DNA from: an uncultured Verrucomicrobiae bacterium
Lineage (GTDB): Bacteria > Chlamydiota > Chlamydiia > Chlamydiales > Rhabdochlamydiaceae
Length of the DNA stretch: 64,000 bases
Direction: 5' to 3'
Assembly: GCA_963806855.1 (NCBI GenBank)
Contig: CAWDYW010000002.1
Coordinates: 32,001-96,000, forward strand
The notes under the pieces: model-generated
Databases searched by the model: none
What the model was told of the DNA's origin: nothing
The model's input: the letters and a program-made list of their open reading frames with translations, nothing else
Shown: piece by piece, positions 59,615 to 64,000 of the stretch
Layout of the letters: each line of letters opens with the position of its first letter
How positions within the stretch are numbered: position 1 is the stretch's first letter
Program-made: the position numbers and the translations under genes

Positions 59615-61320
59615 TTCTATTAGTTCTTTGTCAAACTGCTTTTGCCCTCGAAAACGATGCTGCGAAACGGGTCCATACCCATTTGCTCATCGACGATGTC
59701 CATTCTGCGATTCATGAGGCTAGATCGCAGCTTAAACTGTACCCTGAGTCAAAAGCGCTCCGCCTGAGCTTGATTAAAGCCTTTTCTCGTGGAGGCAATG
59801 AGATTGAGGCGCTCGAGACATGGAAAAAATTGGTAGATGAAGACGCGGAGTTGCTCCACGATCGGACCGCCCTTGAAATGCTCGCCTGGGGTGTCCTCAA
59901 CAAAGGGGAAGACTCCAACCAAATGGCCATCAAAGCCAACGCCCTGATCGGCGCTAGCATGACCCGCGATGCCAAAGCGATCCCCCTCATTCTAGATGCC
60001 CTGCGTGGCAGCAATTCCCTCCTTCGCTCCCTCGGAGTTAGCCTTGCTGCTGCCTACGGCGATTTGCCCCTCCAAGAGGAGATCGCCCGCCTGCTCAATG
60101 AAGAAAAAGTGTGGCAGGTGCGCCTCGAGCTGATCAAAGCGGCCGGTCAGCTGCGGATGAAAGAGACCAAAGAGCGGCTGATTGAAATTGTCGCCCACCC
60201 CCGCACCCTCGCCGAAGAGAAGGCTACCGCCATCATCTCGCTGGTCATGATGACCGAGTCGGTCGAAGATAAAGAACTCGCCACCCTCGTCAGAAGCAAC
60301 CGAGCTGGCCTGCGCGAACTGGCCTGCCAAATCGTCTTCCACCTCAACCTAACCGACAAAATCGGCATGATCCTGCCCCTTCTGCGCGATCCCCACCCCC
60401 TGGTCCGCACCTCCACCCTCAATACCCTGGCCCTTCTCGGAATCAAAGAATTGGAAGGACGCCCCATCTTGGAGCATCCCTATATCATCCGGCTCATGAA
60501 CGATACTGTCCCTGAGGTGGCCATCACAGCCAATTGGCTCGCTCTGCTCAGAGGAGAAGACCGGGGAGTGCTCGAAAAGTGGATCTTAGGTCCCGAAGAG
60601 AAATATGCCCGCCTTGCCGCCGGTGCGCTGGCGATCACAGGCAAAAAAGGGATGAACAAAGCTGAAAAGCTGATGCAAACAAGCGAAAACCCCTACGTCC
60701 AAGTGACCCTCGCTCTAGGACTAATTGGACAGCAGCACAAAATCAAAGAGGCTTGCGCCGTCATCAACCGCAATTTGGCCCTACCCGACAAATGGATGTG
60801 GGATACCGCGATGAATCCGCTATTCCGCTCCCTCGGCCCAAGTACCGTCGAACATACCCCCCAGGTCCCCAACTATCCCAAAGTGGTCGACCAACTTGCA
60901 AGAATTGAGCTCTTAGAAGTGCTGTGCATCATGAAATTCCCTAAAGCCCAGGAAGCGGTGAAAGAGTTCTTGCGCACGAGCACCTGGGGCAGCCTCGGTG
61001 CAGCCGCCTCCACACTCATTCAAGAAGGGGATGAAGAGGCCCTCGACGTCGTCCGCGCTTTGCTCAAAGATCCTGAAGAGAAAGTGCGCATAGAAGCGGC
61101 GATGATTTTGGCTCTCCTTGGGGGAGACAAAGCAGCCGTAGAGGTCTTGAAAGCGGCCTATCCCAACGTCAATCGGGAAATCAAAGTCCACATTCTGGAG
61201 GCGCTCGCCAAAGTGGCCGACCCTGGGACCATCGAATTTCTGCTCGAGCGGCTAAACGAGCCCTTCCAAGTGCTCAGGGTCGTCGCCGCTACTGCAATCA
61301 TCCAGTGCCTCTATCACTAG
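59596..61320 (+). CDS. HEAT-repeat protein (CT384-like); start uncertain
   Basis: Repeated L..LL.D....VR..A HEAT motifs; frame open upstream of TTG 59683 with a signal peptide (RFGLILLVLCQTAFA). Confidence 0.8.
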   Translation: MTRFGLILLVLCQTAFALENDAAKRVHTHLLIDDVHSAIHEARSQLKLYPESKALRLSLIKAFSRGGNEIEALETWKKLVDEDAELLHDRTALEMLAWGVLNKGEDSNQMAIKANALIGASMTRDAKAIPLILDALRGSNSLLRSLGVSLAAAYGDLPLQEEIARLLNEEKVWQVRLELIKAAGQLRMKETKERLIEIVAHPRTLAEEKATAIISLVMMTESVEDKELATLVRSNRAGLRELACQIVFHLNLTDKIGMILPLLRDPHPLVRTSTLNTLALLGIKELEGRPILEHPYIIRLMNDTVPEVAITANWLALLRGEDRGVLEKWILGPEEKYARLAAGALAITGKKGMNKAEKLMQTSENPYVQVTLALGLIGQQHKIKEACAVINRNLALPDKWMWDTAMNPLFRSLGPSTVEHTPQVPNYPKVVDQLARIELLEVLCIMKFPKAQEAVKEFLRTSTWGSLGAAASTLIQEGDEEALDVVRALLKDPEEKVRIEAAMILALLGGDKAAVEVLKAAYPNVNREIKVHILEALAKVADPGTIEFLLERLNEPFQVLRVVAATAIIQCLYH

Positions 61321-61321
61321 A

Positions 61322-62077
61322 TCAGCAGAGCCAAGAGATGCAAGAGAACCAAGAGCTTTTTTCAGGAGCGGGATTCAGTCCGAAAATTTCCTTGGAGAGT
61401 TCGACTGGGCTTTTGTAATTTAGTTTCCAGAGATCATAGGTTTTGGTATCAGTTTTAATCCTGCGTGTATGTCCAGGTACCTGCCAAAATAAATAATCTC
61501 TATCTACGAACTTTCCTCTTACCGGGTCAAATTTATAGTCTAGGGTGCAAAACCCTTCGATTGGTCGCTTTTCTTCGGGAGTTTCGATCAATTTGAGTAA
61601 ATAGGCCATAGCAACAGTATAAGCGCCTGCTTCACGAGAAGAAGTTTGAAGTCGTTTTTTTTCTTCATAGATATTATAGCGAGCCATGAGCCCCATTAGA
61701 TTCTCAGTGGACATATGACCGGCAGTGACACCCAATTGTTTTAACTGACTTTGCATGTTCGCAGGATCTAAATAGCTCATGTGCTCAATCAGTTGCTTGT
61801 TGAACTTCACTTCCTCATCATATAGAACATCATGATAGTGGATAATATCATAGGTGACATGCGCAGAAAAAAGGAAAGGCCAAGGGCTCTTGGTGCCAAA
61901 TAGTAAGTGTGCGGCAATCATCCCAATAGCAAGGCTTGCAATGGGAACAATTTTACAAATAGTGGACATCTGCTCATTGTGGGCCTTTTGAATATAGGGA
62001 TCATAGGTCACCAGAGGATTAAGCTCCTGTACAACTGGCCTTGTTTCTAAAGCAGGTGCTGTTAAAGTATTACTCAT
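61322..62077 (-). CDS. Lineage-specific membrane protein family, paralog 1
   Basis: N-terminal hydrophobic region; LMARY and GAY..AMAYL motifs shared with neighbours. Confidence 0.7.
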   Translation of the reverse strand: MSNTLTAPALETRPVVQELNPLVTYDPYIQKAHNEQMSTICKIVPIASLAIGMIAAHLLFGTKSPWPFLFSAHVTYDIIHYHDVLYDEEVKFNKQLIEHMSYLDPANMQSQLKQLGVTAGHMSTENLMGLMARYNIYEEKKRLQTSSREAGAYTVAMAYLLKLIETPEEKRPIEGFCTLDYKFDPVRGKFVDRDYLFWQVPGHTRRIKTDTKTYDLWKLNYKSPVELSKEIFGLNPAPEKSSWFSCISWLC

Positions 62078-62141
62078 CTTATTTCTCTTTTGTTATGACG
62101 TTTTTCTTCTCGTGAACCCCTATCATCCAGTGCCTCTATCA

Positions 62142-62939
62142 CTAAAAAAATGATTTGATCCAGGAAATAGCTTTCATCTCCCATCCCATATCGAAATTTG
62201 AAGTCGCGTCAAAAATTTCTCGGGCTAGATCTACAGGATTTTTGTCACTCAATTCATTGAGATTATAGATTTTCCCAGGGCGTTCTATAATGACTCTGCT
62301 TCCGATAAGTACAACCGCCTCGTTGATGAATTGTCTATAAAATTGAAGTCCCCTTTTCGAAGAATTGTCGATAAATTCACCTGTATCAGATTTGAAGTTA
62401 TAGTTTAGATCGCAATAGAATTTCATAACAGGTGCATGTGGATTCGTCATCAATTTAATTAGGTAGGCCATTTCGACTGCATAGGCTCCCTGTTCTTCCA
62501 AACCAGAAAACTGTCGTTTTGATTCATAAAGATTATAACGCGCCACAAGGCCTTTCAGATTTTCAAAGGGTATTTGAGCAGGAACGATTCGGAATTGTGC
62601 GATTTTCTGAGCGACTCTCGCTTCATCTAAATCATTCATGTGAACGATGAGTTGCCTATTGAAATCTGCCTTTTGATCATAGACAAAATTAAGATGCTTA
62701 AAATATCCAAAGCAGACTACAGAGGCTATGAATGGGACAATAGCTGCTCCAGATAAAGTCAAAAAACAGAGTGAAATCAACCCAATGCAAATAGCAGCAA
62801 TTGCTCTGGCCTTACTTACGGATGACATTTCCTCATAATGTTCTAATTTTTGATGAAAATCATAAGTCAATAAAGGACTATACTTTTCTATATCCGCGGG
62901 GACTTCTAAAGATCGAATTGATGGGAAGTATGCGCTCAT
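62142..62939 (-). CDS. Lineage-specific membrane protein family, paralog 2
   Basis: PLLTYD, bilobed TM, FNRQLI.HM, LKGLVARY, GAYAVEMAYL. Confidence 0.7.
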   Translation of the reverse strand: MSAYFPSIRSLEVPADIEKYSPLLTYDFHQKLEHYEEMSSVSKARAIAAICIGLISLCFLTLSGAAIVPFIASVVCFGYFKHLNFVYDQKADFNRQLIVHMNDLDEARVAQKIAQFRIVPAQIPFENLKGLVARYNLYESKRQFSGLEEQGAYAVEMAYLIKLMTNPHAPVMKFYCDLNYNFKSDTGEFIDNSSKRGLQFYRQFINEAVVLIGSRVIIERPGKIYNLNELSDKNPVDLAREIFDATSNFDMGWEMKAISWIKSFF

Positions 62940-62964
62940 TCTTTACTCCTTTAAATTTTTCTTT

Positions 62965-63705
62965 CTACCACTGGGGCAACCAAGAACTTTTTTCCAGAGC
63001 TTCAGGAGCGGGATTCAGTCCGAAAAGCTCCTTGGATAGATTGACTGGACTTTTGTCTCTTAGGCTGAAGAGATCATAGGTTTGGGAATGAGTTTTAATC
63101 TTGTATGTATAGCTATAATAATCTTTATCTTTGATCTTTCCTCTTACCGGGTCAAATTTATAGTCTCGGACGCAAAACCCATCGATCGGCCGTTTTTCTT
63201 CGGGATTTTCGATCAATTTGAGTAAATAGGCCATAACAACAGCATAAGCGCCAGCTTCATTACGATAACCGCTTCCAAGTCGTTTTTCTTCATAGATACG
63301 ATAGCGAGCCATGAGCCCCTTTAGATTCTCAAGCGGCATATGACCGGCGGTGACACCCAATTGTTTTAACCGACTTTGTATGTTCGCAGGATCTAAATAG
63401 CTCATGTGCTCAATCAGTTGCCTGTTGAACTCCACTGCCTCATCATAAAGAACATCCTTATCATAGATGAATTTATAGGCGACTATGCAACCAATAAGGG
63501 GAAAAAGGGTAACCCCTTCAGAGACGCCTATTAATAGAGCGGAAATGATCCCAAAAGCAATCACTGCAATGGTACAAATTTTCCAAAAAGTGGACATTTG
63601 CTCACTATGCGCCTTTTGAATATAGGGATCATAGGTCACCAGAGGATTAAGCTGCTGTATAACTGGCCTTGTCTCTAAAGCGGGTGCTGGTAAGGCATTA
63701 CTCAT
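62965..63705 (-). CDS. Lineage-specific membrane protein family, paralog 3 (close to paralog 1)
   Basis: Long stretches near-identical to 61322..62077. Confidence 0.7.
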   Translation of the reverse strand: MSNALPAPALETRPVIQQLNPLVTYDPYIQKAHSEQMSTFWKICTIAVIAFGIISALLIGVSEGVTLFPLIGCIVAYKFIYDKDVLYDEAVEFNRQLIEHMSYLDPANIQSRLKQLGVTAGHMPLENLKGLMARYRIYEEKRLGSGYRNEAGAYAVVMAYLLKLIENPEEKRPIDGFCVRDYKFDPVRGKIKDKDYYSYTYKIKTHSQTYDLFSLRDKSPVNLSKELFGLNPAPEALEKSSWLPQW

Positions 63706-63720
63706 TTTATTTCTCTCCTT

Positions 63721-63894
63721 TTAACCTATTCCGATTTCGTCGAATTCATTGTAACTTATCCACACAACTTCAGGTTTGCACGGTTGTGTATCAGATGCAT
63801 CCTTTTTTCTTCGTTTAGTAGCCTCTGTTGTGCCTTCTTGAAGAACTTGGCCGTAAGGGTCTTGTTGGCCATGCCCTAATCCTTGTACGCTCAT
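63721..63894 (-). CDS. Small hypothetical protein (57 aa)
   Basis: AAGGAG RBS; MSVQGLGHGQQDPYG...IGIG*. Confidence 0.35.
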   Translation of the reverse strand: MSVQGLGHGQQDPYGQVLQEGTTEATKRRKKDASDTQPCKPEVVWISYNEFDEIGIG

Positions 63895-63906
63895 CTTTGA
63901 TCTCCT

Positions 63907-64000
63907 TTACCACAGCCTCCACCCCTTAGGTGGCTCAGGTAATTCGAAAACTTCATGGGCAAGTTTCATCGTATCCATTGTGTGCAACTCTTCGGCAGTA
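63907..64000 (-). CDS. 3' end of a gene truncated by the window, probably a fourth paralog
   Basis: ...LHTMDTMKLAHEVFELPEPPKGWRLW* resembles L.DKSPVNLSKELFGLNPAPE..SSWLPQW. Confidence 0.45.
   Translation of the reverse strand, partial: TAEELHTMDTMKLAHEVFELPEPPKGWRLW

Overview
64-kb window from a bacterium that is very likely an environmental member of the Chlamydiota. The right end (~54.6-61.3 kb) has the gene order I recall from chlamydial core genomes (DUF1207, LOG-like, MYG1, HIT, HEAT-repeat protein), and there are tandem MOMP/Lpg1974-type porins. A tRNA(CAT), probably Ile2, at 53223-53295 (-) is an integration hotspot: four further copies of its 3' half (40011, 31655, 28273, 15210) divide about 38 kb into tandem islands, and the copies are more degraded the further they lie from the tRNA. 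The youngest island (40011-53264) is an apparently intact satellite/PICI-like element (tyrosine integrase, DUF1016, Xis-like HTH, CHC2 primase Zn finger, TOPRIM-DUF3987) carrying a NotI-family/Dam-family R-M pair plus a HerA-NurA-like pair. The next island carries a coupled atypical Hsp70 / HPD-less J-like membrane protein / AAA+ ATPase operon. Older segments hold an ArgR-argGH-ArtJQP arginine module, an NCS1-DUF917-hydantoinase operon behind a His-rich leader ORF, an RNA ligase, a phosphoesterase and several pseudogenes. Two ~165-bp palindromic elements with a shared apical motif sit in the core region. All product calls come from motif recognition by eye; no database searches were run.
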